Positions 6,813 through 14,008 of a DNA stretch of 14,279 nucleotides are shown one piece after another. Below the pieces are notes generated by a model. The model was not told where the DNA came from and ran no database searches. It saw only the letters and a list, made by a program, of their open reading frames with translations. The stretch's first letter is position 1, and the number at the start of each line of letters is the position of its first letter. Origin of the DNA: Candidatus Fraserbacteria bacterium (GTDB taxonomy: Bacteria > Bipolaricaulota > Bipolaricaulia > RBG-16-55-9); assembly GCA_037443265.1 (NCBI GenBank), contig JBBIOR010000032.1, forward strand, positions 1 through 14,279, written 5' to 3'. The translations under genes and the position numbers were made by a program.

Positions 6813-7527
6813 TCCCGAAAAGAAGAGGAGCCTCTGGCAGCGCATCAAGGGCCCTGTCCTCTTTGCTGGGGTCAGTTTAGCAGTGATTTGGGGCTTGCTG
6901 CCTCTGGTGCCCCTGAGCTGGGGGGTTCACTTTGGCGTTGCTTATCTCATCTTTTTCAGCCTGGCCGTGCTCAGCGCGGCTCTCTTTTTCGTGCTGCTTA
7001 ACTGGGGGCCTATTGGAAAACCCAACTCCCCCTTGATGACGTTTGCCAGCATCCTGCTCGTCTATGTCGCTACCGTGGGAGGATTGGTGGCCTTCGGGCT
7101 CTGGTATTACCCCCAGTTTGAAATTCCCAAGCCCGTTGTTGAAAAAGAAAAGCCAGAGGAGACCGCAGCGGAGGAGCGGGGTAAAGAAGTCTTCTTGAGC
7201 CCCACGGTCGGCTGCTTTGCGTGTCATTCGATTGAAGCTTTAGGGATCAGAGGCGGGACGAGAGGGCCGGATCTTTCAGAGGTGGGCAAGCAGGCAGAAG
7301 TGCGCCAGCCAGGCATCTCTGCAGAAGATTATCTTAGAGAATCTATCGTGAACCCGTGGGCTTGCTTCACGCCGTTACCCGGCGGCGAACTCGTAGAATG
7401 CCAGCCTACGGCTGATCCTGCGAAGACGTATCCGCCACTCATGCCCCCCGGCTTCGGGGAACGTCTGAGCGAAGAGCAGCTGAATAATCTTATCGCGTTC
7501 TTGAAGAGCCTGAAAGGAGTGCCATGA
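6805..7527 (+). CDS. Membrane-bound monoheme c-type cytochrome (3 N-terminal TM helices)
   Basis: RGKEVF…GCFACHSI (CxxCH), GPDL, YLRESIVNP, distal Met in LMPP, LSEEQLNNLIAFLKSL. Overlaps the oxidase gene stop. Confidence 0.93.
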   Translation: MSDPEKKRSLWQRIKGPVLFAGVSLAVIWGLLPLVPLSWGVHFGVAYLIFFSLAVLSAALFFVLLNWGPIGKPNSPLMTFASILLVYVATVGGLVAFGLWYYPQFEIPKPVVEKEKPEETAAEERGKEVFLSPTVGCFACHSIEALGIRGGTRGPDLSEVGKQAEVRQPGISAEDYLRESIVNPWACFTPLPGGELVECQPTADPAKTYPPLMPPGFGERLSEEQLNNLIAFLKSLKGVP

Positions 7528-7961
7528 AACAGTCTAAAGGACTTGCAACTTTTGGACTTGAGCCTGTAAAAAGCGACATTGCCTGGGGGTGGGTCTTTTG
7601 GGGCTACGGGATCGCCCTGCTGGGAACGCTGATTGCAGGGGGGTTCGGGCTCTTCGCGATGAATAGGGGGATGTGGTGGGTGGCCAACTGGGGCCTAATT
7701 TTTCTGTTCATTGGGGGTTTTATAGCGGGCTTTTTCGCGAAAACTGCTGAGCCCTTGAATGGCGCCTTTATGGCCGTCTTCTACTTTGTGACGGCGACTC
7801 TAATTGTTTTTATCGGGGAATTTCTGGGCGTCTTGCCCGACCCGCTGCCCGGCCTGCCGCGCGGCGACTCGACGTTCTTCTTCGTCTGGCCGCTGGGGCA
7901 GCTGGTGGCCGCGACGCTGGGGGCGGTCTTGGGAGGATGGCTCTCCGCTAAATGGAGGTGA
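7524..7961 (+). CDS. Small 4-TM Gly-rich membrane protein of unknown function
   Basis: Four hydrophobic helices. ATGA coupling to the cytochrome c gene and GGAG RBS. Confidence 0.8.
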   Translation: MKQSKGLATFGLEPVKSDIAWGWVFWGYGIALLGTLIAGGFGLFAMNRGMWWVANWGLIFLFIGGFIAGFFAKTAEPLNGAFMAVFYFVTATLIVFIGEFLGVLPDPLPGLPRGDSTFFFVWPLGQLVAATLGAVLGGWLSAKWR

Positions 7962-7968
7962 GTGCGAG

Positions 7969-8862
7969 ATGAAGACATATCGGGAGATTGCGGGCGATGC
8001 CGGGTCGGATATTCTCGGTCAGGTAAAAGAACAACAGGCGCGCCTGCAAGCGCGCCTGGCGCAGATTACACACACAATTGCAGTCATGAGCGGCAAGGGC
8101 GGCGTGGGCAAAAGCGTCATTACAACGAACATGGCTGCTGCCTTGGCGATGCTGGGCCATCAAGTGGGCGTTCTGGATGCGGACATCAACGGGCCTTCTG
8201 TTGCCAAGATGTTTGGAGTGCGGGGTCAGACCCTCAAGGTTGGCAAAAACGGAGTCGTCCCTGTCCTTGGACCCTTGGGGATCAAAATCATCTCCATGGA
8301 TCTCCTGCTGTCCCGAGATGAGGCGCCGGTGGTCTGGGATGCCCCAGCGCAGCAAGATCCCTTCGTCTGGCGTGGCACGATAGAAGTTAGCACGCTTAGA
8401 GAATTTCTTGCCGATACGGACTGGGGAGAATTAGATTTTCTTTTGATCGATCTCCCTCCGGGCCCAGAGCGGTTGCCCAATCTCCCTGGCCTGCTTCCCG
8501 TATTGCACACAATCGTCGTGACCATCCCCTCGGAGGTCGCGCAGCTCACGGTGAAGAGATCCATCGCTTTAGCCCAGCAGCTGAAGGCAAAGCTTCTGGG
8601 ACTGATAGAGAACATGGCGGGCTATCTCTGCCGGAAGTGCGGCGCGTTAGGTGAGCTTTTCCCCAGCAGTGGGGAGGAAACCGTGAATGTCCTGGGCGTG
8701 CCCCTCTTGGGGAAGATCCCCTTCGATCCGCGCATCGCCCGTTGCTCAGATCGGGGCATCCCTTTCGTCCTCGAGCATAAAGACACAACAGCCGGAGAGG
8801 CGTTCGCCCAGATTGCCCAAAAGATCAAAAGAAACATCACTTTTGGGGAGGGTGAGCGATGA
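7969..8862 (+). CDS. mrp: Mrp/NBP35/ApbC family P-loop ATPase (Fe-S cluster carrier)
   Basis: GGAGGTG RBS before ATG 7969. Deviant Walker A SGKGGVGKS, LDADINGPS, ISMDLL, WRG, WGELDFLLIDLPPG, VVTIP, GLIENM..Y.CRKC, LGKIPFDP. Confidence 0.95.
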   Translation: MKTYREIAGDAGSDILGQVKEQQARLQARLAQITHTIAVMSGKGGVGKSVITTNMAAALAMLGHQVGVLDADINGPSVAKMFGVRGQTLKVGKNGVVPVLGPLGIKIISMDLLLSRDEAPVVWDAPAQQDPFVWRGTIEVSTLREFLADTDWGELDFLLIDLPPGPERLPNLPGLLPVLHTIVVTIPSEVAQLTVKRSIALAQQLKAKLLGLIENMAGYLCRKCGALGELFPSSGEETVNVLGVPLLGKIPFDPRIARCSDRGIPFVLEHKDTTAGEAFAQIAQKIKRNITFGEGER

Positions 8863-9251
8863 AGTTCTTATGTGTCGCGTGCGATGAGGCCATGAAGTAC
8901 GCGGAGGCCCAAGGGCCGGAGGCGGGCTCGTTGTCTGTTGTTTTTCACTGTCCCCACTGTGGCTATAGAGTGGCTCTGTTGACCAATCCATGGGAGACCC
9001 AATTGGTTCGCAGCTTGGGAGTTGTCATCGGTGGGCGGACGGTTCCCTCCGAGCCTTTGGAGTTAGTACGGACGACCCTGGCTGACAGCAAGCTTCTGTG
9101 GACGGCCGAGGCCGAGGAGCGCTTGGAGCGAGTGCCCGAGTTTGCGCGGGCCATGGCCCGCCAAAGCATCGAACGCTATGCCCGAGAGCAAGGCTACCAC
9201 GAGATCACTCCCCACGTGATGGATGAAGCCAGAGCCAAGCTCGGGCTGTAA
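8859..9251 (+). CDS. CxxC…CxxC (Zn-ribbon/metal-binding) protein with a C-terminal PCP_red (protochlorophyllide reductase C-terminal-like) domain
   Basis: CVAC…CPHC, then TNPWETQLVRSLGV.IGG, then WTAEAEERLERVPEFARAMARQSIERYAREQGYHEITPHVMDEAR (W-x2-EA…L.+VP.F.R…IE..A…G…IT pattern). ATGA overlap with mrp. Confidence 0.85.
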   Translation: MKFLCVACDEAMKYAEAQGPEAGSLSVVFHCPHCGYRVALLTNPWETQLVRSLGVVIGGRTVPSEPLELVRTTLADSKLLWTAEAEERLERVPEFARAMARQSIERYAREQGYHEITPHVMDEARAKLGL

Positions 9252-9254
9252 ACG

Positions 9255-10523
9255 ATGAGAAACAATTATCTCCCTAGAGTCGTCTGCTGGAACGTGACAC
9301 AAGCGTGTAATTTGCGCTGTCCCCATTGCTACTTGGCCGCAGGCACCCATGCTGCGCGCGAGCTTTCCACAGAAGAGGGCTTCCAGCTCATCAACCAGTT
9401 ACGTGAGCTTGGGACTCAGCTGCTCATACTCACGGGCGGCGAGCCCCTGCTGCGTCGCGATCTCTTCACGCTTGCCCGCCATGCCGCGGAGCGTGACCTG
9501 ATGGTCGTGCTAGGCAGCAATGGGACACTGCTTGACGAGAATGCTGTCAAAAGGCTTAAAGGGAGCGGTGTGCAGGGGGTAGGGATCAGCTTAGATTCCC
9601 TCGACCCGGAGAAGCACGATACCTTCCGAGGGCTCCAGGGCGCTTGGGAGAAGGCTGTCCGCGCCATTGACATGTGTGTGAGTCAGAGTTTAGAAGTCGC
9701 TGTGCAAACGAGCGTCCTGCCCATGAACTATGACGAAGTCCCACAAATGATCGAGCTTGCCTATGAGGAAGGTGCGCGGGCTTTTAACGCTTACTTTCTG
9801 GTCTGTACGGGCCGCGGCGAGCGGCTCACGGACATCACCCCCCAGCAGTACGAGGCGCTTCTTCATGATTTGATAGACGCACAAGTGCACTACGCAAAGC
9901 ACGGCTTCCTCGTGCGGGCCAAGTGCGCTCCGCACGTCAAGCGCTTGGCCTATGAACGCTTGAGCTTACACAGCGACAACTCGCCAGGGGCCGTGGGGCT
10001 TCTGGCCAGTGCGGGCTGCCCAGCAGGCACCAGCTATTTAAGAATCGGGCCCGAAGGCGACGTCACCCCCTGTCCTTATTTGCCCTTCGTGCTGGGTAAC
10101 GTCCGGCAGCAGGCATTGCATGAGATTTGGGAGGGGCAGCAGGGCCGCAGCCTCACTTTGCTGAAGCTGCGGGCTTTGGAGCTTCAAGGCCGCTGCGGGG
10201 TCTGTGAGTTCAAAAATCTCTGCGTCGGTTGTCGCGCGCGGGCTTTTGCTTTGACTGGAAATCTGCTCGGTGAAGATCCGTGGTGCACCTATCAGCCCAG
10301 GTGCCGACAGCCGTTCGCCCTTACGTGGACTCCCGAGGCACTGACGCGAATTGAAGAAATCCCTCCGTTCCTTCGGGAGCGCGTCAAGCAGGGTGTGGAA
10401 GCGTACGCGCGGGCGCGCGGCATTCGCCAAATCACCCCAGCGCTCTTGGCAGAGTTGCGAGTGGGCTCCTTCGGGAAAAGAGCAGCCACACAAGGGTCGC
10501 CGAGAAAGGATGAGCATGTATAA
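9255..10523 (+). CDS. Radical SAM/SPASM protein, AhbD/NirJ-like, fused to a C-terminal PCP_red domain
   Basis: WNVTQACNLRCPHCY (CxxxCxxC), ELST.E, LTGGEPLLR, SNGTL, ISLDS…HD.FRG..GAW, FLVCTGRG, KCAPH. SPASM Cys: CPAG, CPY, CGVC…C.GCRARA, DPWC. Tail WTPEALTRIEEIPPFLRERVK..VEAYARARG…IT. Confidence 0.93.
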   Translation: MRNNYLPRVVCWNVTQACNLRCPHCYLAAGTHAARELSTEEGFQLINQLRELGTQLLILTGGEPLLRRDLFTLARHAAERDLMVVLGSNGTLLDENAVKRLKGSGVQGVGISLDSLDPEKHDTFRGLQGAWEKAVRAIDMCVSQSLEVAVQTSVLPMNYDEVPQMIELAYEEGARAFNAYFLVCTGRGERLTDITPQQYEALLHDLIDAQVHYAKHGFLVRAKCAPHVKRLAYERLSLHSDNSPGAVGLLASAGCPAGTSYLRIGPEGDVTPCPYLPFVLGNVRQQALHEIWEGQQGRSLTLLKLRALELQGRCGVCEFKNLCVGCRARAFALTGNLLGEDPWCTYQPRCRQPFALTWTPEALTRIEEIPPFLRERVKQGVEAYARARGIRQITPALLAELRVGSFGKRAATQGSPRKDEHV

Positions 10524-11559
10524 GCGCATTCTGGTCGCGATCGACAACTCCAAATATGCCGTGCAGGCATCTGAGCTGGCCGTAGAACTGGCACAGAATT
10601 TCCAAGCACACCTCACCGGCGTCCACGTGACTAATGCCGGACTACACACATATGCTTTCCGTCGGCTCGAGGGAACCCTTCCCGTCCCGTATCAAAGCGA
10701 AGAAGTTTTGCAGCAACAACGAGAAATTCACGAAGATCTCATCCGTCGAGGACTCACGTTGATCAGCGATTCTTATTTTGAGCCGTTGCGGCAGCGAGCA
10801 CAAGCTGCAGGCATCCCTTGTGAGACCAAAGTTTTAGAGGGCCGGCACTACGAGGTGTTATCCGGAGAGATTACAGAGGGGGCCTACGATCTGGCTGCCT
10901 TCGGGCACTTGGGTCTTGGGGCATGCGAGCGCTCCATGCTCGGCGGCGTGGTGGAGCGGGTGGCTCGCCGCGTCAGAAAAGATCTTTGGGTTATCAAAGA
11001 GGCAAGGGCTCTGGAAGACGGGAAAATTTTGGTCGCTGTGGACGGGTCTGAATACTCCTTCTGGGCTCTGCGCAAGGCGATCGTCTTGGCGAAAAGATTC
11101 CAAGCTCAGCTACACGCTGTGCACGTCTTCGACCCGGATTTCCATCGTACGATCTTTCAAGAGCTGGTGGGTGTGCTCACCGAAAGAGCCGCAGAGGTTT
11201 TCGATTTCGAGGGTCAACAAGAGTTGCACGACAGAGTCATCGACAAGGGGCTCGAGCAGGTGGGGCAGCGCGTGCTACGTAGCTGTAAGCTAGCAGCAGA
11301 GCACAGTGGCATTCCCATTGCGGTGACGTTGCTTAAGGGCAAATTCTTCAAAAAGATCGTTGAGGCAACCGAAATCCTAGATCCCTCATTGCTGGTCATG
11401 GGCCGATTTGGCCGACACCGAGTCGAATCTTCAGATTTAGGGAGTACTGCAGAGAACGTGCTGCGCCTTGCGCCTTGTAGCGTCTTAATTGTGAGTACCG
11501 ACGTGCCTGAGACAATGAAGCACTTCAAGACTCCAACAGCCGTTGGAGCTGGGGGGTGA
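10516..11559 (+). CDS. Tandem universal stress protein (two USP domains, each with a His-containing helical insert)
   Basis: MYKRILVAIDNS…G(HL)GLG…LGGVVERVARR, then KILVAVDGSEYS…LLVMGRFG…LGSTAENVLRLAPCSVLIV. AAAGGA RBS favours ATG 10516 (alternative 10510). Confidence 0.93.
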   Translation: MYKRILVAIDNSKYAVQASELAVELAQNFQAHLTGVHVTNAGLHTYAFRRLEGTLPVPYQSEEVLQQQREIHEDLIRRGLTLISDSYFEPLRQRAQAAGIPCETKVLEGRHYEVLSGEITEGAYDLAAFGHLGLGACERSMLGGVVERVARRVRKDLWVIKEARALEDGKILVAVDGSEYSFWALRKAIVLAKRFQAQLHAVHVFDPDFHRTIFQELVGVLTERAAEVFDFEGQQELHDRVIDKGLEQVGQRVLRSCKLAAEHSGIPIAVTLLKGKFFKKIVEATEILDPSLLVMGRFGRHRVESSDLGSTAENVLRLAPCSVLIVSTDVPETMKHFKTPTAVGAGG

Positions 11560-11692
11560 GCTTGCTTGGCTGGCTCTTGTGCCGGCTGCTATACTCGCTT
11601 CTGGTCGCCGATGGGAGCGGCACGCACCCTGATCGATTTTGGAGCCACGCTCCAAGGGCCAACGGGAAGAACGAACGGGGGGAAGGAGAGCG

Positions 11693-12244
11693 ATGGGCCT
11701 CTACGTTTATGTGCTTTTGGGGTTGCTGGGCTTCGTCTGGAGCTTGCGGTACCCTCCGCCGCCGGCGGGTGAGGTTCGGACGGTGACCGTAGAGCTGTTC
11801 GAGTGGGGGATCGCGCTCGACCCGACGCCTTTGCCGGCCGGTCCGATCCGCTTTCGGGTGATCAATAGGGGCAGCATCGGCCATGCCTTTGCCTTGGCCC
11901 TCGTCGGGTCGGAGCGGGCGACTCGGGTGTTCGGACCCGGGCAGACTGAGATGGTGGACGCGGACCTCCTTCCGGGGAGGTATGCGATTTGGTGTCCCGT
12001 CCCTGGTCACCGAGAGCGGGGCATGGAGGCGGAGCTGCGGGTCTTGGCCGTCCCGCCCTCGGCCGGGAAGCGGGTGCTCCGGCTGAAGCGCTTTGACCGC
12101 AACGGGAACGATCTCCTCGACGATCCAGAGTTCTTTGCGATCATCGATGCCTGGGTCGCTAGGGAACTCGACGATGCCACCTTCTTCCTGGCCATCGACC
12201 TGTGGGTCGGTCGACGGCCGATCTCCTCGGTGGCCGGAATGTGA
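11693..12244 (+). CDS. Exported cupredoxin (type-1 Cu) with a C-terminal EF-hand/dockerin-like domain
   Basis: AAGGAG RBS before ATG 11693; hydrophobic N-terminus. FRVINRGSIGHAF, PGRYAIWCPVPGHRERGMEAELRV (C-x4-H-x4-M). Tail FDRNGNDLLDDPEFFAIIDAW…LDDATFFLAIDLW. Confidence 0.9.
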   Translation: MGLYVYVLLGLLGFVWSLRYPPPPAGEVRTVTVELFEWGIALDPTPLPAGPIRFRVINRGSIGHAFALALVGSERATRVFGPGQTEMVDADLLPGRYAIWCPVPGHRERGMEAELRVLAVPPSAGKRVLRLKRFDRNGNDLLDDPEFFAIIDAWVARELDDATFFLAIDLWVGRRPISSVAGM

Positions 12245-12321
12245 GCCGCCTAGGGGCCCAGACCCTAGCTGAGGAGATTAAGAAGGTCATTAAGCTCAAT
12301 TTGGGGCATGATGAATGATTT

Positions 12322-13148
12322 ACTTTCGCTATTGCCACAAGTCTTTCACGGAGTCAAGATGGCCTCCCCTTCCGGCTTGGGGACGGAGACAGGGGAGAGG
12401 AACGGGAAGACCCACAGAACAGAAGCAACCGTCCGAGGGCTGCCAGCCACCCCTTCACCTCCGTGGCCGTCTGGATCAACCTCCATCCCCATGCGTGCCG
12501 CACCTCTCCCAAGTTGGGCTGCTGCCCCACCAACTACCGACCTCAGCGGGTCAGAGCCGCCAATACATAGGCCAACAGCACCAGCTCCACCCAGCGCTCC
12601 AGACTCCGCTTCCCCCGGCAGCGGCAGTCCCCTAACCCAAAGTGCTCCTTGAGCGTCTTGAACATCGTCTCAATCCCCCAACGCCGCTTGAGGTGCCGCA
12701 GGATCTGGCTGCGGTTCCAGGAGAGTTCCGTGCAGATCACCGTGCGACGTCCCCGACCCCGCCCGCGAGGGACGATCCGCAGAGGGATCCCCAGGCCTTG
12801 CAGGTGCGCGATCGTCTCCTCCGAGACCTCCCCGGCCCGCCTCCCATCGGAGAGCCGGCGATTCTTCCGCACCCAACCCACCACGGGGAATCCGCGTTCC
12901 CGGGCTGCCTCCAGCACCGGAGCGCAGCAGTAGGTACTGTCGACCAACACCACCACCCGGCTGCCCGGCGGGGGCTCAAAGGTCCGGATCATCTCCGCTG
13001 CCAGCTCGGTCCGCTTGCGGAAGGCCTCCTCCTCCAAGAAGCGCTCGTTGACGTAGCCCCGCCAATCCCAGGGCACCACTTCCCAACCGGTCTCACCGAC
13101 GGACTCAACTTCCCCACCAAACGCCTCAGAAGTCAGGAGCTTGCCCAC
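12322..13148 (-). mobile_element. Degenerate IS701-like (DDE, IS4 superfamily) insertion sequence remnant
   Basis: Contains the transposase fragment. A possible distal end GCGAAAGT (minus strand) lies at 12322-12329. Boundaries are approximate and no paired TIR or target duplication was seen. Confidence 0.6.
12543..13148 (-). pseudogene. Truncated IS701-family transposase (C-terminal half only)
   Basis: PWDWRGY…FRKRTELAAEMI, VVVLVDSTY (second D), RKNR, RRWGIETMFKTLKEHFGLGDCRCR…ERWVELVLLAY (E motif). The N-terminal half is absent. The frame is broken by TGA (12543) and TAG (12534). Confidence 0.85.
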
Positions 13149-13250
13149 CCTGGTCTATGAGTCTCTAGCGCAAGTAGACATTAGAGTAAGGATTCGTGGG
13201 GCGGGAGGCTCGGATGTCCTTGACTCTGGGGATCGAATGACGGCACCCTC

Positions 13251-13739
13251 TTACGTAGACTCCGCCAGCTTTGCCAAGTGTTCCCTAACCCTCTTGAGCA
13301 GCTCCCCAGGCGGCACCACCTGAAGCGGTGCCGGAGGATCCGGGTAGTCGCTCGTGTTGAAGGTCACCAGATAATGACAACCGTTCAGCAGGGCCGCCGC
13401 CAGCACCGGGAGGTCTTTCGCCTGGGCCCGACCGGACCATGGCTTCAGGGCTGACGCCGGAGGATCCGGTACCCCTCTCAACGCTGCCTGTACCAGCGCC
13501 TGAAAGACCGGCAGAGCCTGCGGGAGCTTCTTCTTCAGGTTCCGCTCCACCTCCACCCGCACATAGGGACAGATGAGCCCGTCAATCAGGGTGAGCTCTG
13601 CAAGCTGCAGCAAGATGTAGCTGGCCGAGGAGTGGGTCTTCGAGGCCGAACCGGCAATGAGCACGTCGGCATCGAAGAAGACGCGCAGCTTACCGGGAGC
13701 GGCCGTAGCGCTCTCGGTAGAGTCGTCGGCGCTGCTCAT
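13251..13739 (-). CDS. PIN-domain toxin (VapC-like RNase) of a type II TA pair
   Basis: LRVFFDADVLIAG, EVERNL, KDLPVLAAAL, YLVTFNTSDY (acidic PIN tetrad). Overlaps the antitoxin 3' end. GAGG RBS before ATG 13739. Confidence 0.9.
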   Translation of the reverse strand: MSSADDSTESATAAPGKLRVFFDADVLIAGSASKTHSSASYILLQLAELTLIDGLICPYVRVEVERNLKKKLPQALPVFQALVQAALRGVPDPPASALKPWSGRAQAKDLPVLAAALLNGCHYLVTFNTSDYPDPPAPLQVVPPGELLKRVREHLAKLAEST

Positions 13740-13965
13740 CTAAGCCCTCGAGCAGGTCTTCTACGCTAAGCCCGGCAGCCTGGCGGAGTCGCTGGATCTC
13801 GCCCACCAGCTTGGGGACCAGGGGTACCTTCGGAGCCAGGATAAAGATTCCTTCGAGATCCAAGAGGGTAAGGGGCTCCCCCTCTTCCAAGCGATATTTC
13901 TTGCGGAGCTCCACGGGCAGGGTGAGAGTTCCACGGTTACGCAGCGTGAGCGTCTTGGTGTTCAT
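13690..13965 (-). CDS. AbrB/MazE/SpoVT-family antitoxin
   Basis: LRNRGTLTLPVELRKKYRLEEGE.L…EGIFILAP swapped-hairpin motif. Lies directly upstream of the PIN gene. Confidence 0.92.
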   Translation of the reverse strand: MNTKTLTLRNRGTLTLPVELRKKYRLEEGEPLTLLDLEGIFILAPKVPLVPKLVGEIQRLRQAAGLSVEDLLEGLDEQRRRLYRERYGRSR

Positions 13966-13979
13966 GGTTCACCGGCAGC

Positions 13980-14008
13980 AGTATATCTGGAATGCAGCAA
14001 ATCTGCAA
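13980..14008 (-). promoter_or_regulatory. sigma70 promoter of the TA operon with an overlapping palindromic operator
   Basis: Minus strand TTGCAG (14008-14003) - 17 bp - TATACT (13985-13980), 14 bp before the antitoxin ATG. Palindrome TGCAG-CAAAT-CTGCA at 13993-14007 overlaps the -35. Confidence 0.75.

Noticed and set aside
8859..10523. Photosynthesis/chlorophyll biosynthesis inferred from the PCP_red domains
   Set aside because: Only the small C-terminal domain is present, with no BchN/BchB catalytic cores or BchL. The ATPase is Mrp-type.
9255..10523. RiPP (PqqE/mycofactocin-like) biosynthetic cluster
   Set aside because: No precursor peptide, RRE/PqqD, protease or exporter is visible. The motifs (FLVxTGRG, KCAPH, GCRARA) fit the AhbD/NirJ group better.
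13330..13469. Repeated GCCGGAGGATCCGG within the PIN gene
   Set aside because: It simply encodes a repeated PDPPA peptide, with no evidence of a DNA-level function.
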